The notes: generated from the sequence alone by a model not told the origin. Counted from the stretch's first letter, positions 9,599 to 19,689 are shown. The stretch is DNA of 64,000 nt from an uncultured Chloroflexia bacterium (GCA_963709505.1 CAVPXC010000033.1:9289-73288); one strand, 5' to 3'. A program made the numbers and translations.

Positions 9599-10747
9599 AT
9601 GGCGAAGAAAGCCAACAAGAAGGTACGGGTAGCAATCATCGGGGTGGGCAACTGCGCAGCCGCGCTGGTGCAGGGAGTGCACTACTACAAAGATGCCGCC
9701 GACAACGCCGAGATCCCGGGCTTGATGCATGCCAGCCTGGGCGGCTATCACGTGCGGGATATCGAGTTCTCAGCCGCGTTCGACGTGGTCGAGGGCAAGG
9801 TCGGCAAGGACCTGAGCGAGGCCATGTGGGCCGCCCCCAACAACACCATCAAGTTCGCCGAAGTGCCGTTCTTGAACGTGCCGGTGAGCCGCGGGATGAC
9901 CCACGATGGGCTGGGCAAATACGTCAGCACCATGGTCAAGAAGGCGCCAGGCTCGACCGATGACGTGATTGCGATCCTGAAAGACACCCGGACCGACGTG
10001 GTGGTCAACTTCATGCCGGTAGGCTCGGAGATGGCGACCAAGTGGTATGTGGAGCAGGTGCTGGAGGCCGGCTGCGGGTTTGTCAACGGCATCCCGGTGT
10101 TCATTGCCAGCTCGCCCTACTGGGGCAAGCGTTTCAAGGACAAGGGCCTGCCGGTGATCGGCGACGACGTCAAGAGCCAGGTCGGCGCAACGATCACGCA
10201 CCGCATCCTGACCAACCTGTTCAAGGATCGTGGCGTGCATCTGGACCGCACCTACCAGCTCAACTTCGGCGGCAACATGGACTTCTACAACATGTTGGAG
10301 CGGGAGCGGCTGGAGAGCAAAAAGATCTCCAAGACCAACGCCGTCACCAGTCAGTTGCCCTACGATCTGGGTGAGGGGAACGTCCACGTCGGCCCCAGCG
10401 ACTACGTGCCGTGGCTGACTGACCGCAAGTTCTGCTACATCCGCATGGAAGGCCGGGCCTTCGGCAATGTCCCACTGGAGATGGAGGTCCGCATGGAAGT
10501 ATGGGATTCGCCCAACTCGGCCGGCGTGATCATCGACGCAGTGCGTTGCGCCAAGTTGGCGCTGGATCGCGGCCTCTCGGGCCCGATCGAGGCGCCCTCT
10601 TCGTACTTCATGAAGTCACCGCCCAAGCAATTCACCGACGACGAGGCGCGGCGAATGGTCGAAGAGTACGCGTGGCCGGATGGCGTTCCCTCTGCACCCG
10701 ACGTGATCGATCAGGTCGAGGAAGTCGTGCGCCAGGCCGGCGACTGA
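9599..10747 (+). CDS. ino1: myo-Inositol-1-phosphate synthase
   Basis: [25 protein letters not shown]-terminus plus [22 protein letters not shown] lies upstream. Confidence 0.85.
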   Translation: MAKKANKKVRVAIIGVGNCAAALVQGVHYYKDAADNAEIPGLMHASLGGYHVRDIEFSAAFDVVEGKVGKDLSEAMWAAPNNTIKFAEVPFLNVPVSRGMTHDGLGKYVSTMVKKAPGSTDDVIAILKDTRTDVVVNFMPVGSEMATKWYVEQVLEAGCGFVNGIPVFIASSPYWGKRFKDKGLPVIGDDVKSQVGATITHRILTNLFKDRGVHLDRTYQLNFGGNMDFYNMLERERLESKKISKTNAVTSQLPYDLGEGNVHVGPSDYVPWLTDRKFCYIRMEGRAFGNVPLEMEVRMEVWDSPNSAGVIIDAVRCAKLALDRGLSGPIEAPSSYFMKSPPKQFTDDEARRMVEEYAWPDGVPSAPDVIDQVEEVVRQAGD

Positions 10748-10889
10748 CACAGCGCGGCCGGCCAGCACCGGCAACAAGCGACAGGACAGCGTCTGCTGGG
10801 CGCAGGCCGCATTGACCACCTTGGAGAGTTACTTACGGCGCTGGCCTGACCAGTGGTTGATGCCAAAGCCGCTCTGGCACTAGCAGTAA

Positions 10890-11096
10890 TGGTAGATTGG
10901 TAATGGATTGGTAGATTGGTGGATTGGTAGATTGGTAAATTGGTGGATTGGTGGATTGGTGGATTGGTAGATTGGTAGATTGGTGGATTGGTGGATTGGT
11001 GGATTGGTGGATTGGTAGACTGGTAGATTGGTGGATTGGTAGACTGGTAGACTGGCGCTCGGTACCAATCTACCAATCTACCAATCTACCGATCAC
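10890..11096. repeat. About 20 tandem octamers (GGTRGATT) followed by about 4 inverted copies (AATCTACC)
   Basis: Read directly from the sequence. Translating the array produces the spurious PIYQSTN-repeat ORFs on the minus strand. Confidence 0.95.
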
Positions 11097-11185
11097 CAAC
11101 AAACGAGGTATACCCATGACCCGCTTCCGTGCAACGCCCTTGACGCAAATGACAGATAACGCATCGCGTCAGTAATCTCAAATAC

Positions 11186-11214
11186 TTGCAAATTCCGGGG
11201 CTTTCTGCGATAAT
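11186..11214 (+). promoter_or_regulatory. Candidate sigma-70-type promoter of the pan operon
   Basis: TTGCAA, a 17-nt spacer, then GATAAT, about 130 nt upstream of panB. Confidence 0.4.
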
Positions 11215-11341
11215 TAAGACGTCACCTGGATCCTCCGGGACCGGGATGAACCGGAGCACTTATCTCAGGCAAACACCGCCGGTTTGCGGCAAGCGTATAC
11301 TTTTTGAGGTCGTTTCGGACTCTACCTGAAAGGAGGGTACC

Positions 11342-12277
11342 GTGTCAACCACCAGTCCTACCCCTTCCCCTGCGCTGTCTACGCGCAAAAAAGTTACTAC
11401 CCGCACCTTCCGCCAGAAGAAGCAGCGCGGCGAGCTCATCACGATGCTCACCGCGTATGACTACATGACCGCCCAGGTCGTGGATCAGGCCGGCATCGAC
11501 TGCATCCTGGTCGGCAACTCGCTGGGCATGGTCGTGCTGGGCTACGCCAACACCCTGCCGGTAACCATGGAGGATATGCTGCACCACTGCAAGGCAGTGG
11601 CGCGTGGCGCGCATATGCCGCTGCTGATCGGCGACATGCCCTTTATGTCGTACCAGGTCTCGGTCGAGGAAGCCGTGCGCAACGCGGGCCGTTTCCTCCA
11701 AGAGGCCGGCATGGAAGCGGTCAAGCTGGAAGGCGGTCGCGAGCGCGCCGATGCCGTGCGCCAGATCGTGGCAGCCGGCATCCCGGTCATGGGTCACATC
11801 GGCCTGACTCCGCAGAGTGTCTCCCAGTTCGGCGGCTTTGTGCCGCAAGGCAAGACCGCCGCGGCCGCCAGGCGCCTCGTCGAGGACGCCCAGATCCTGC
11901 AAGACGCCGGCTGCTTCAGCATCGTACTCGAATCCGTTCCCGCCCAACTCGCCGAATTGATCTCCAAGCAGCTCGAGATCCCCACTATCGGCATCGGCGC
12001 GGGTATCGGCTGTGACGGCCAGGTGCTGGTGATCCATGACCTGCTGGGCTTGTTCGACCGCTTTGTGCCCAAGTTCGTCAAGCAATATCGCAAATTGCAC
12101 GGCACGGTCGTCGAAGCTCTGGAGGAGTACAAGGCAGAGGTAGAGGCCCAAATCTTCCCCGCATTCGAACACTCGATCTTCATGGAGGAGACTGAGTGGC
12201 AGGCCTTGCTGGCTGCCCTCGAACCCCAGATCGCGCCGTCAAATGGGCGAGAGTCGACGGTGAACGGTGAACAGTGA
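11342..12277 (+). CDS. panB: 3-Methyl-2-oxobutanoate hydroxymethyltransferase
   Basis: GTG start after AAAGGAGG. Motifs MLTAYDY, LVGNSLGMVVLGY, MGHIGLTPQS. The last codons and the stop lie inside the GTGAACR array. Confidence 0.9.
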   Translation: MSTTSPTPSPALSTRKKVTTRTFRQKKQRGELITMLTAYDYMTAQVVDQAGIDCILVGNSLGMVVLGYANTLPVTMEDMLHHCKAVARGAHMPLLIGDMPFMSYQVSVEEAVRNAGRFLQEAGMEAVKLEGGRERADAVRQIVAAGIPVMGHIGLTPQSVSQFGGFVPQGKTAAAARRLVEDAQILQDAGCFSIVLESVPAQLAELISKQLEIPTIGIGAGIGCDGQVLVIHDLLGLFDRFVPKFVKQYRKLHGTVVEALEEYKAEVEAQIFPAFEHSIFMEETEWQALLAALEPQIAPSNGRESTVNGEQ

Positions 12278-12322
12278 ACGGTGAACAGTGAACGATGAAC
12301 AGTGAACAGTGAACAGTGAGCG
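12260..12322. repeat. Nine tandem heptamers (GTGAACR)
   Basis: Read directly from the sequence. In this orientation the array supplies TGA in all three frames. Confidence 0.95.
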
Positions 12323-12380
12323 GAAACGCAAACCGTTAGCTCTGCTTCCTGCTTATTGTTCACCGGCTCCCAAAAAGACC

Positions 12381-13299
12381 ATGCCCGCAAACTCCTCTGT
12401 ACTGATCGTCGGCACCGGCGCGCTCGCCAGCCTCTTCGCCGCGCGCCTGGCCGCGGCCGGGTGCGCCGTCACCATGCTCGGATCCTGGCCCGATGGCCTG
12501 GCCGCGCTTCAGACACATGGCGTGCGTCTTCTCGACGCGGATGGTGGCGTTAAGACCTACCCTGTGCATGCCACCGGAGATCCGGCCGAGTGTCGCGGGA
12601 TTCTGCAGTCGTTCGTCCTGGTCAAGGCCTGGCAAACCGCGCGCGGCCATGCAGCTTTCCGGCTGCCTCCCCTCTGCTGGGCTTGTGCTCACCCTACAAA
12701 ACGGATGGGGCAACCGAGAAATCCTTGAGCAGGCCCTTGGCCCAGAGCGCGTCGCCCTGGGTGTAACAACTCTGGGCGCAACGCTGGTGGAGCCAGGCTT
12801 CGTGCGCCTGGGCGGACAAGGGCCGATCACCCTGGGCGTCCATCCGCGGCTGCAGCCACTGACTGACCTACTGGTGCTGGCCGGCTTCGACGTGCGCACA
12901 GCAGACGACGTTGCCGGCTTGGCCTGGGGCAAGCTGGTGATCAACGCCGCGATCAATCCGTTGACTGCGCTGCTGCGCGTACCGAACGGCGAGCTGTTAG
13001 CCCGGCCGGCCGCGCGTGAGCTGATGGGCCTCGCGGCCCGCGAGGCTGCCCAGGTGGGCGCCGCCCAAGGCCTGCACCTCCCCCTAGCCATCGCCGCCGA
13101 CCCGGTGGCCGCCGCCGAAGACGTGGCACGTCGAACTGCGGCCAACCACTCGTCGATGTACCAGGACGTCCAGCACGGCCGTTCAACCGAGATCGACGCC
13201 ATCTGCGGCGCGATCGTCGAGGCCGGCGAGCGCCTGGGCATGCCAACGCCGGTCAATCGGACGTTGTGGCTGTTGGTGCGGGCGATCAGTGAAGGGTGA
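12381..13299 (+). pseudogene. panE: 2-Dehydropantoate 2-reductase with an apparent +1 frameshift
   Basis: VLIVGTGALASLFAARL...FVLVKAWQT (frame of 12381) continues as AAMQLSGCL...TLQNGWGN...SSMYQD (frame of 12493). The shift is at about 12645, in a GC-dinucleotide run. Confidence 0.75.
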
Positions 13300-13380
13300 A
13301 GGGTGGAGAGTGGAGGGTGCGGAGTGCATAGTAAACGACAGTTCTCTCCACTCTCCACCCTCCACTCTCCACCCTCCACT
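13290..13380. repeat. Inverted pair of heptamer arrays (GTGGAGR / YCTCCAC)
   Basis: The left arm 13290-13327 and right arm 13345-13380 are reverse complements. Confidence 0.9.
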
Positions 13381-13403
13381 GCGAAACTCTTGCAAGAGGA
13401 ACA

Positions 13404-14240
13404 ATGAAAGTTGTAACATCTCTAACCGATCTGCGAGCGGCCCGTGCCGCCTTGTCCGGGCCGCTCGGGCTTGTGCCGACCATGGGTTACCTCCACGAAG
13501 GTCACGTCTCGCTAGCTCGGCGAGCCAAGACGGAGTGCGCCAGCGTGGCTGCGAGTATTTTCGTCAACCCGACCCAGTTCGGGCCTACCGAGGACTTGGC
13601 AGCCTATCCACGCGACCTGCCGCGAGATCTGGACCTGCTCGAAGCTGCAGGCGTCGACCTCGTGTGGACACCCACGCCCGATGTCGTCTATCCGGCGGGC
13701 TTCCAAACGTGGGTGACGGTGGAGGAAGTGGCGACAGTGCTGGAAGGAGCGCAGCGTCCCACGCACTTTCGCGGCGTGACCACGGTCGTGGCCAAGTTGT
13801 TCAACGCCTTCCAGCCTGACAGGGCTTACTTCGGCCAGAAGGACGCGCAGCAGGTGGTGGTCATCAAACAGATGGCGAGCGATCTGGATTTTCCCGTCGA
13901 AATCGTGGTTTGCCCCACGATGCGCGAGCCGGATGGCCTGGCAATGTCCAGCCGCAACGCGTACTTAAACACCGAGCAGCGGCAGGCGGCCACGGTGTTA
14001 TCTCGGGCGCTGCGAGCCGCCAAGGCGGCTTTCGACGGCGGCCAGCTCGACGCCAGCATCCTGCGCCAAATCATGGCCGACACCATCGACGCCGAGCCGC
14101 TGGCACGCCGGCAGTACGTGTCTTGCGCTGATCCGGCGACGTTGCGAGAGCAAGACGGTTGCGTGGAGCGCGCCTTACTCTCGATGGCAGTGTACGTCGG
14201 CAAGACTAGGCTTATCGATAACTTCCTGCTTGGAAGCTAA
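13404..14240 (+). CDS. panC: Pantoate-beta-alanine ligase
   Basis: VPTMGYLHEGHVSL, FVNPTQF and YFGQKDAQQ motifs. Confidence 0.9.
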   Translation: MKVVTSLTDLRAARAALSGPLGLVPTMGYLHEGHVSLARRAKTECASVAASIFVNPTQFGPTEDLAAYPRDLPRDLDLLEAAGVDLVWTPTPDVVYPAGFQTWVTVEEVATVLEGAQRPTHFRGVTTVVAKLFNAFQPDRAYFGQKDAQQVVVIKQMASDLDFPVEIVVCPTMREPDGLAMSSRNAYLNTEQRQAATVLSRALRAAKAAFDGGQLDASILRQIMADTIDAEPLARRQYVSCADPATLREQDGCVERALLSMAVYVGKTRLIDNFLLGS

Positions 14241-14326
14241 GATCGGACCGTTCTTCGGTGAACGGTCCGATCTGGTGCGATGGAGTTGATTGAGATCGGA
14301 CCGTTCTTCGGCGAACGGTCCGATCT
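14240..14326. repeat. Two tandem GGACC-family hairpins (AGATCGGACCGTTC-loop-GAACGGTCCGATCT)
   Basis: 14240-14273 and 14293-14326, each with a perfect 14-bp stem, lie directly after the panC stop. Confidence 0.9.
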
Positions 14327-14350
14327 GGTGCGAAAGGTAAACATTCAAGC

Positions 14351-15127
14351 ATGCTTCTAGTCATCGATATCGGCAACACCAACATCACCCTCGGCCAATA
14401 CGACGGCGACCAACTTGGCCCGCGCTGGCGGCTGGCGACTTCACACGAACGCATGCCGGACGAGTATGGCCTGCAGTTTCTCGGACTGCTGGCCCACGAC
14501 GGCGTCGACCTCGACAGCCTGACAGGCGTCTGCCTGGCGTCCGTCGTGCCGCCGCTCACCGGCAAGATCCAGGAAACCTGCCGGCGCTACCTGCGACAGG
14601 AGCCGTTGGTGGTTGGCGCGGGCGTCAAAACCGGCGTCCGTATCCGCATCGACTATCCGCAAACCGTCGGCGCCGACCGTGTGGCCGACGCCGCAGCGGT
14701 CAAACATCTGTACGGCGGGCCGGCCTGCATCGTCAACTTCGGCACAGCCACCACCTTCGACGCCATTTCGGCGGAAGGCGACTACCTGGGCGGGGCGATC
14801 GCACCCGGCATCGGCATCTCGGCTGAGGCGCTATTCACCCGCACCGCTCAGCTGCCGCGCGTCAACTTGCAGCGCCCCCCGTCGGTGATCGGCCACAGCA
14901 CCGTGCATGCTATGCAGTCCGGGCTGATCTTCGGCTACGTTAGCCTGGTCGAGGGCATGGTCGGCCGGTTCCGCGCCGAGCTGGGCGCCGAGATGAAGGT
15001 CATCGCCACCGGCGGCCTGGCCGAAACCATCGCCCAAGAGACGACAGCCATCCAGATCATCGCGCCGTGGCTGACGCTGGATGGGCTGCGGGTGATTTGG
15101 GAGCTGAACCAGAAGGGGAAAGGATAA
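14351..15127 (+). CDS. coaX: Type III pantothenate kinase
   Basis: MLLVIDIGNTN, GADRVADA and NFGTATTFD motifs. Confidence 0.85.
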   Translation: MLLVIDIGNTNITLGQYDGDQLGPRWRLATSHERMPDEYGLQFLGLLAHDGVDLDSLTGVCLASVVPPLTGKIQETCRRYLRQEPLVVGAGVKTGVRIRIDYPQTVGADRVADAAAVKHLYGGPACIVNFGTATTFDAISAEGDYLGGAIAPGIGISAEALFTRTAQLPRVNLQRPPSVIGHSTVHAMQSGLIFGYVSLVEGMVGRFRAELGAEMKVIATGGLAETIAQETTAIQIIAPWLTLDGLRVIWELNQKGKG

Positions 15128-15146
15128 ACCTGCCCTGCTCGGGCCG

Positions 15147-15298
15147 GTCGAAGTGAATGGGTCGGTCGGAGACCGAACAGTCGAAGTAAATGGCTCGGTC
15201 GGAGACCGGCCCGAACAGGTCGAAGTAAATGAGCTCGGTCGGAGACCGGCCCGAACAGGTCGAAGTTAATGGGCTCGGTCGGAGACCGGCCTGAGCAA
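15147..15298. repeat. Four tandem copies of a ~40-nt unit (GTCGAAGTRAATGRGCTCGGTCGGAGACCGGCCCGAACAG)
   Basis: Units are at 15147, 15180, 15219 and 15259. Each holds a small CGGTC-GGA-GACCG hairpin. There are no unique spacers. Confidence 0.9.
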
Positions 15299-15347
15299 CG
15301 GGACGAATGAATTTCGAATGAAGGTTGGCTGAAGAGGTAAAAGACCG

Positions 15348-15716
15348 ATGATGCGACAAATGTTACTTGGCAAGATCCATCGTGCCGTCGTCACCGCGGC
15401 GGACGTGAACTATGTTGGCTCGATAACCGTCGATTCTGATCTGCTGGAAGCGGCGGGCATTCTGCCCTACGAGCGGGTGCAGGTCGTGGACGTCGAGAAC
15501 GGCGCTCGATTGGAGACCTATACGATCCCCGGCGCGCCAGGCAAAGGCGAGATCCAGCTCAACGGCGCAGCCGCGCGGCTGGTGGCCGTGGGCGATCACG
15601 TCATCATTATGAGCTATGGCTGGCTGTCGCCGGAGGAGATCACCTCACACCGGCCTAAGGTGGTGTTGATAGGAGAGGACAACCGGATCAAGAAAGCCAT
15701 GCACTACGGAGAGTAG
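15348..15716 (+). CDS. panD: Aspartate 1-decarboxylase
   Basis: [12 protein letters not shown] and YVGSITVD (Gly-Ser self-processing site context). Confidence 0.9.
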   Translation: MMRQMLLGKIHRAVVTAADVNYVGSITVDSDLLEAAGILPYERVQVVDVENGARLETYTIPGAPGKGEIQLNGAAARLVAVGDHVIIMSYGWLSPEEITSHRPKVVLIGEDNRIKKAMHYGE

Positions 15717-15749
15717 CGCCCCAACGAAACACGGCGAGAGGTATAATCA

Positions 15750-16046
15750 ATGGCTACAACAAGAATAAGCGCGTCAGATACCACTGTCGTTAGTCGCAAC
15801 ATCGCTCTGACCAGTGAAGTCTTACGCTCGATGTTAGAAGAACCCGATGTCCTTGACCAGCTGCCCGCCAACTTCGAGTTAGTTGTGCTTCCTGATGATG
15901 ACCCCGAGTTGTGGCTTTACAATCTTGAGCTCCTCGACAGATACGGAAGCGAAGGAAAGCCTGTCGTGTTCGTGCGGATGTCGGCCGGACAAAAGCAACC
16001 GGCCAATGGGGTTTCCGTGAGCTTCTACGTTCCGGTGATTGTGTAA
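15750..16046 (+). CDS. Hypothetical small protein
   Basis: Clean 98-aa ORF with lower GC than its surroundings. No motif recognised. Confidence 0.4.
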   Translation: MATTRISASDTTVVSRNIALTSEVLRSMLEEPDVLDQLPANFELVVLPDDDPELWLYNLELLDRYGSEGKPVVFVRMSAGQKQPANGVSVSFYVPVIV

Positions 16047-16064
16047 GCCGCATCAGTCTCTAAT

Positions 16065-16092
16065 TTGACAAATCGCAGACTTAAGCTAAAAT
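16065..16092 (+). promoter_or_regulatory. Candidate sigma-70-type promoter of the lys leader/operon
   Basis: TTGACA, a 16-nt spacer, then TAAAAT, about 30 nt upstream of the leader ORF. Confidence 0.45.
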
Positions 16093-16124
16093 CCAGCCCA
16101 CGTTCACTCGGAAAACAAGCACTC

Positions 16125-16208
16125 ATGCATATTACTTTCACCTTCGTCAAGTTCGCCAAGTCCAAGAAGCCTTCCCCGGCCTGGGAAGGTGCTTTGTGCT
16201 TGCGGTGA
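16125..16208 (+). promoter_or_regulatory. Candidate leader peptide ORF (MHITFTFVKFAKSKKPSPAWEGALCLR) with 4 Lys codons
   Basis: 27-codon ORF between the promoter and two terminators upstream of lysW. It contains the hairpin CCTTCCC-cggcct-GGGAAGG. The RBS is weak. Confidence 0.4.
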
Positions 16209-16232
16209 ACTAGGCGCCGACCAAGTACACGA

Positions 16233-16272
16233 GCCCTGCCAGGCCACACCGGCCAGGCGGGGCTTTTTGTTT
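16233..16272 (+). terminator. Intrinsic terminator 1 in the lys leader
   Basis: GCCCTGCCAGGCC-acacc-GGCCAGGCGGGGC (12 pairs, 1 mismatch) followed by TTTTTGTTT. Confidence 0.7.
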
Positions 16273-16290
16273 CATCGTTCAGCGGCAATG

Positions 16291-16330
16291 CGGCCCCTCT
16301 CGCCCCCCCCGGCGTGTAGGGGCCGTTTTT
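16291..16330 (+). terminator. Intrinsic terminator 2 in the lys leader
   Basis: CGGCCCCT...AGGGGCCG outer stem with an inner CGCC/GGCG stem, followed by TTTTT. Confidence 0.6.
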
Positions 16331-16421
16331 CTCCGCCTGGTCGATCATCGTTGCTGGCCACCACATAGCGCCGAACTGATCTTCGGCGCAAGCAGAAGTG
16401 CGCAGAAAGGAACAACCTACC

Positions 16422-16592
16422 GTGACCTACGAAGCCAACTGCCCGGAATGCGACGCGAGCTTGAACCTGCTCGACCCGATGGAAGGTGAGATCGTGCCCT
16501 GCCCTGACTGCGGCGTCGATCTCGAAGTAGTATCACTCGACCCGCTCAGTCTCGAGCTGGCGCCCGAGGAAGAAGAGGATTGGGGCGAATGA
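16422..16592 (+). CDS. lysW: Amino-group carrier protein LysW
   Basis: Zinc ribbon CPECD...CPDCG and the diagnostic C-terminal EEEEDWGE tail. GTG 16422 is preferred over GTG 16398. Confidence 0.8.
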   Translation: MTYEANCPECDASLNLLDPMEGEIVPCPDCGVDLEVVSLDPLSLELAPEEEEDWGE

Positions 16593-17449
16593 TCCGCGTC
16601 GCTGTCCTAATCTCGCGCATTCGCGTCGAGGAAAAGCTGTTGCTCGCGGCGCTTGAGACCGCCGGTGCTGCCGTCCAGATCGTCAACGACAGCGAGCTGG
16701 TGTTTGCACTGGGCGACGGCAACAGCGTCCTTAATGCCGATGTGGTGCTGGAGCGCTCGGTCAGCACGGCGCGCGGGCTATATGCCCTGCGTCTGTTCGA
16801 ACACACGGGCCTGCCCACGGTCAACAGCTATTACACCGCCTCCACCTGCGCCGACAAGGTGCTGACTACTGCAGCGCTGGACGAAGCCGGGATCGCACAG
16901 CCACGCGCCCGCGTAGCCCTTACTCCCCAGGCAGCCCTGGCCGCCATCGAAGAGCTGGGCTACCCGGCCGTGATCAAGCCCGTTGTCGGCTCGTGGGGCC
17001 GGCTGCTGGCGCGCATCAACGACCGGGACGCGGCCGAGGCGCTGTTGGAGCACAAAGAGGTACTGGGCTCTTACCAGCACAGCATCGTCTACATCCAGGA
17101 GTTCATCGCCAAACCGGGCCGCGATATCCGCGCCTTCGTCATCGGCGACAAGACGGTCGGCGCCATCTACCGCCACTCTGAACACTGGATCACCAACACC
17201 GCCCGCGGCGGCCAAGCCTCGAAATGCCCGGTCACCCCCGAGATCGACGACCTCTGCCGCAGAGCGGCGCAGGCCGTCGGTGGCGGCGTGCTTGCTATCG
17301 ATCTACTGGAAGACCCCGACCGCGGCTTCCTGGTCAACGAAGTCAACCACACAATGGAGTTCCGCAACAGCATCGAGCCGACGGGTGTGGATATTCCGGC
17401 GCGGGTGGTGGAGTATGTGCTGCGGCGGGCAAAAGCGAGAAACCCGTAA
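16589..17449 (+). CDS. lysX: Alpha-aminoadipate-LysW ligase (RimK-type ATP-grasp)
   Basis: ATG overlaps the lysW stop (ATGA). ATP-grasp pattern [13 protein letters not shown]...YIQEFI. Gene context supports the call. Confidence 0.85.
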   Translation: MIRVAVLISRIRVEEKLLLAALETAGAAVQIVNDSELVFALGDGNSVLNADVVLERSVSTARGLYALRLFEHTGLPTVNSYYTASTCADKVLTTAALDEAGIAQPRARVALTPQAALAAIEELGYPAVIKPVVGSWGRLLARINDRDAAEALLEHKEVLGSYQHSIVYIQEFIAKPGRDIRAFVIGDKTVGAIYRHSEHWITNTARGGQASKCPVTPEIDDLCRRAAQAVGGGVLAIDLLEDPDRGFLVNEVNHTMEFRNSIEPTGVDIPARVVEYVLRRAKARNP

Positions 17450-17492
17450 AGCGTAAGGCGTAACCCGGAAGGCGGAGGCGGAAATCCCCTGC

Positions 17493-17597
17493 TGATCGCT
17501 CACAACCAATCGCTCACCGCTTAACAAATTGCCGCCAATCGCTCACCACTCATCGCTCACCGCTAATCGCTCATTACTTATCGATCACCGATCACCC
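17493..17597. repeat. Degenerate tandem array (ATCGCTCAYY units)
   Basis: Read directly from the sequence. Its reverse-complement family (GATGAGY) reappears at 18676-18712, on the other side of lysY. Confidence 0.8.
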
Positions 17598-17602
17598 GAC
17601 CT

Positions 17603-18673
17603 ATGGACAAATCAATGGCCACGCCAGTACGAACATCTATCGTCGGCGCATCCGGATACGGCGGCGGCGAGCTGCTACGGCTGCTCTTGCAGCACCCGAA
17701 CGTCGAAATCGCTCAGGTGACTTCCGAGTCCAACGCCGGCAACTACGTGCACAGCGTGCATCCAAACCTGCGGCCAGCAGCCGGAAGTGGACGCCAACCG
17801 CTGCGCTTCACCAGCGCGGCGGAGCTGGCCCCCTGCGACGTCCTCTTTCTGGCTCTTCCGCACGGCGAAGCCCAGCGGCGCATCGATCACTTCGCCGGCC
17901 TGGCCGAACGCATCGTCGACCTCTCCGCCGACTTTCGTCTCAGCGACCCTGGTACGTATGCACGCCGCTACGGAGAGCCGCATGCCGCGCCCGACTGGCT
18001 GGGGCGTTTCGCGTACGGCCTGCCCGAGATGAACCGCGAGACCATCCGCCAGTCACGATACGCCAGCGGCGTCGGCTGCAACGCCACCGCCTCCATCCTG
18101 GCGCTACTACCATTCATCCGTGCTGGTTTGCTGCGCGATGATCGCCCCATCGTCGTCGACATCAAGGCCGGCTCCTCCGAGGGCGGCGCATCGCCCAGCC
18201 TCGCTTCACACCACCCAGAGCGCAGCGGCGCGGTGCGTTCCTTTGCGCCAACCGGGCACCGGCACGAGGCTGAGGTCGTGCAAGCCCTGGGCCGCGAGGA
18301 CGTTTATCTTTCGGTAACCTCCATAGAGCTCGTGCGCGGCGTCCTGGCCACGGCCCATGGCTGGATCAAGCCCGGCCTAAGCGACAAGGACCTCTGGCGC
18401 GCCTACCGGGCGGCCTATGGCCAGGAGCCTTTCGTGCGCATCGTCCACGAGCGCGGCGGGATCTACCGCCACCCTGAGCCCAAGCTGCTGGCCGGCACCA
18501 ACCTGGCGGACGTAGGCTGGGACATCGATCCACAGACCGGTCGCCTGGTCGCGCTGGCCGCGATCGATAACCTGGGCAAAGGCGCGGCCGGCAGCGCGGT
18601 GCAATGCATGAACCTGATGCTTGGGCTGGAAGAGACGGCGGGGTTGCAGTTTACGGGACTGCATCCGGTGTAA
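17603..18673 (+). CDS. lysY: LysW-gamma-aminoadipyl-phosphate reductase (ArgC family)
   Basis: IVGASGYGGGELLRLL N-terminus, SGVGCNATA active-site Cys region, and NLGKGAAG. Confidence 0.85.
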   Translation: MDKSMATPVRTSIVGASGYGGGELLRLLLQHPNVEIAQVTSESNAGNYVHSVHPNLRPAAGSGRQPLRFTSAAELAPCDVLFLALPHGEAQRRIDHFAGLAERIVDLSADFRLSDPGTYARRYGEPHAAPDWLGRFAYGLPEMNRETIRQSRYASGVGCNATASILALLPFIRAGLLRDDRPIVVDIKAGSSEGGASPSLASHHPERSGAVRSFAPTGHRHEAEVVQALGREDVYLSVTSIELVRGVLATAHGWIKPGLSDKDLWRAYRAAYGQEPFVRIVHERGGIYRHPEPKLLAGTNLADVGWDIDPQTGRLVALAAIDNLGKGAAGSAVQCMNLMLGLEETAGLQFTGLHPV

Positions 18674-18718
18674 ATAATGAGTGATGAGCGGTGAATGATG
18701 AGTACCGAAGGCGGAGAG

Positions 18719-19576
18719 ATGATGAAAGTATTGGTTGCAAAGGTCGGCGGCGGTGTTGGAGTCAACCTGGACGCGGTGTGCGCTGATGTGGCAGCGCTTG
18801 TGGCAAGCGGCCAGCCGATTGTGTTGGTACATGGCACATCGGCTGCAGCCGATGCGCTGGCGGAGAAGGCCGGTGTACCGGTACGGCAGCTGACTTCGCC
18901 TTCGGGCCACGTCAGCCGCCATACCGACCCGGAGATGCTGGAGATCTACGTGGCTGCAGCGGCGGGCCAGGTCAACAAGCGGATCGTAGCCGCGCTGCAA
19001 GGGCTGGGCTGCAACGCCGTGGGCCTGTCGGGGGTCGATGGCCGGCTGCTGGTGGCCGAACGCAAGAATGCAGTGCGGTCGGTTGAGGCCGGCCGCCAGC
19101 GCATCGTGCGCGATGACTACACCGGCAAGCTTGTCTCCGCCAACAGTGGCCTGCTGCAGCTGCTCTTAAGCGCGGGGTACGTCCCCGTGGTGGCGCCGCT
19201 TGCCTTGGGCACTCACGCCGAGCGGCTTAACGTGGATGGCGACCGGGCTGCAGCATTTCTTGCCACCTCGCTCGGCGCAACCACTCTGCTTATCCTCAGT
19301 AATGTGCCGGGGCTGCTAGCCAGTTTTCCCGACGAAAACTCCCTTGTGCGCCACGTAGCGCCGTCACAGCTGGACTGGGCCGAATCCTTGGCGCAAGGCC
19401 GCATGAAAAAGAAAGTGCTGGCCGCTCGCGAAGCGCTGTCCGGCGGCGTGACCCAAGTCATCCTGGCCGATTCGCGGCTGACAGAGCCGATCCGCACGGC
19501 GCTGGCGGGTGGTGGGACGTGGATATCACAGCGAATCGAGTGGACAACGAATGCGGAAGCCGGAGAGACTCGTTGA
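18719..19576 (+). CDS. lysZ: LysW-aminoadipate kinase (ArgB family)
   Basis: VLVAKVGGG and IVLVHGTSAAAD motifs. ATG 18719/18722 follows GGCGGAG. The upstream ATG 18695 lies inside the repeat. Confidence 0.8.
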   Translation: MMKVLVAKVGGGVGVNLDAVCADVAALVASGQPIVLVHGTSAAADALAEKAGVPVRQLTSPSGHVSRHTDPEMLEIYVAAAAGQVNKRIVAALQGLGCNAVGLSGVDGRLLVAERKNAVRSVEAGRQRIVRDDYTGKLVSANSGLLQLLLSAGYVPVVAPLALGTHAERLNVDGDRAAAFLATSLGATTLLILSNVPGLLASFPDENSLVRHVAPSQLDWAESLAQGRMKKKVLAAREALSGGVTQVILADSRLTEPIRTALAGGGTWISQRIEWTTNAEAGETR

Positions 19577-19689
19577 CATCATTGAGAACCGTCCTGAAAG
19601 TATGCACTGTGACATTCTACCCAAACCCTCCGCCCTCCGTGTTCGTTGTTCACATGGGAATCCGCTTGTGATATCCCCACCGCACTACC

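Noticed and set aside
10711-11076. ORFs encoding PIYQSTN-type repeats, and similar peptide repeats such as GEWRVE, FTIHNSQ and SSFIIH.
   Set aside because: They are translations of the 7-8 nt tandem arrays. Period 7 or 8 is coprime to 3, so 7-8-aa periodic peptides appear in all frames. There is no independent coding evidence.
10890-11096. The tandem arrays (also 30183-30358 and 15147-15298) as CRISPR arrays.
   Set aside because: The repeat units are contiguous with no unique spacers. The units are only 7-8 nt (or 40 nt without spacers). No cas genes are present in the window.
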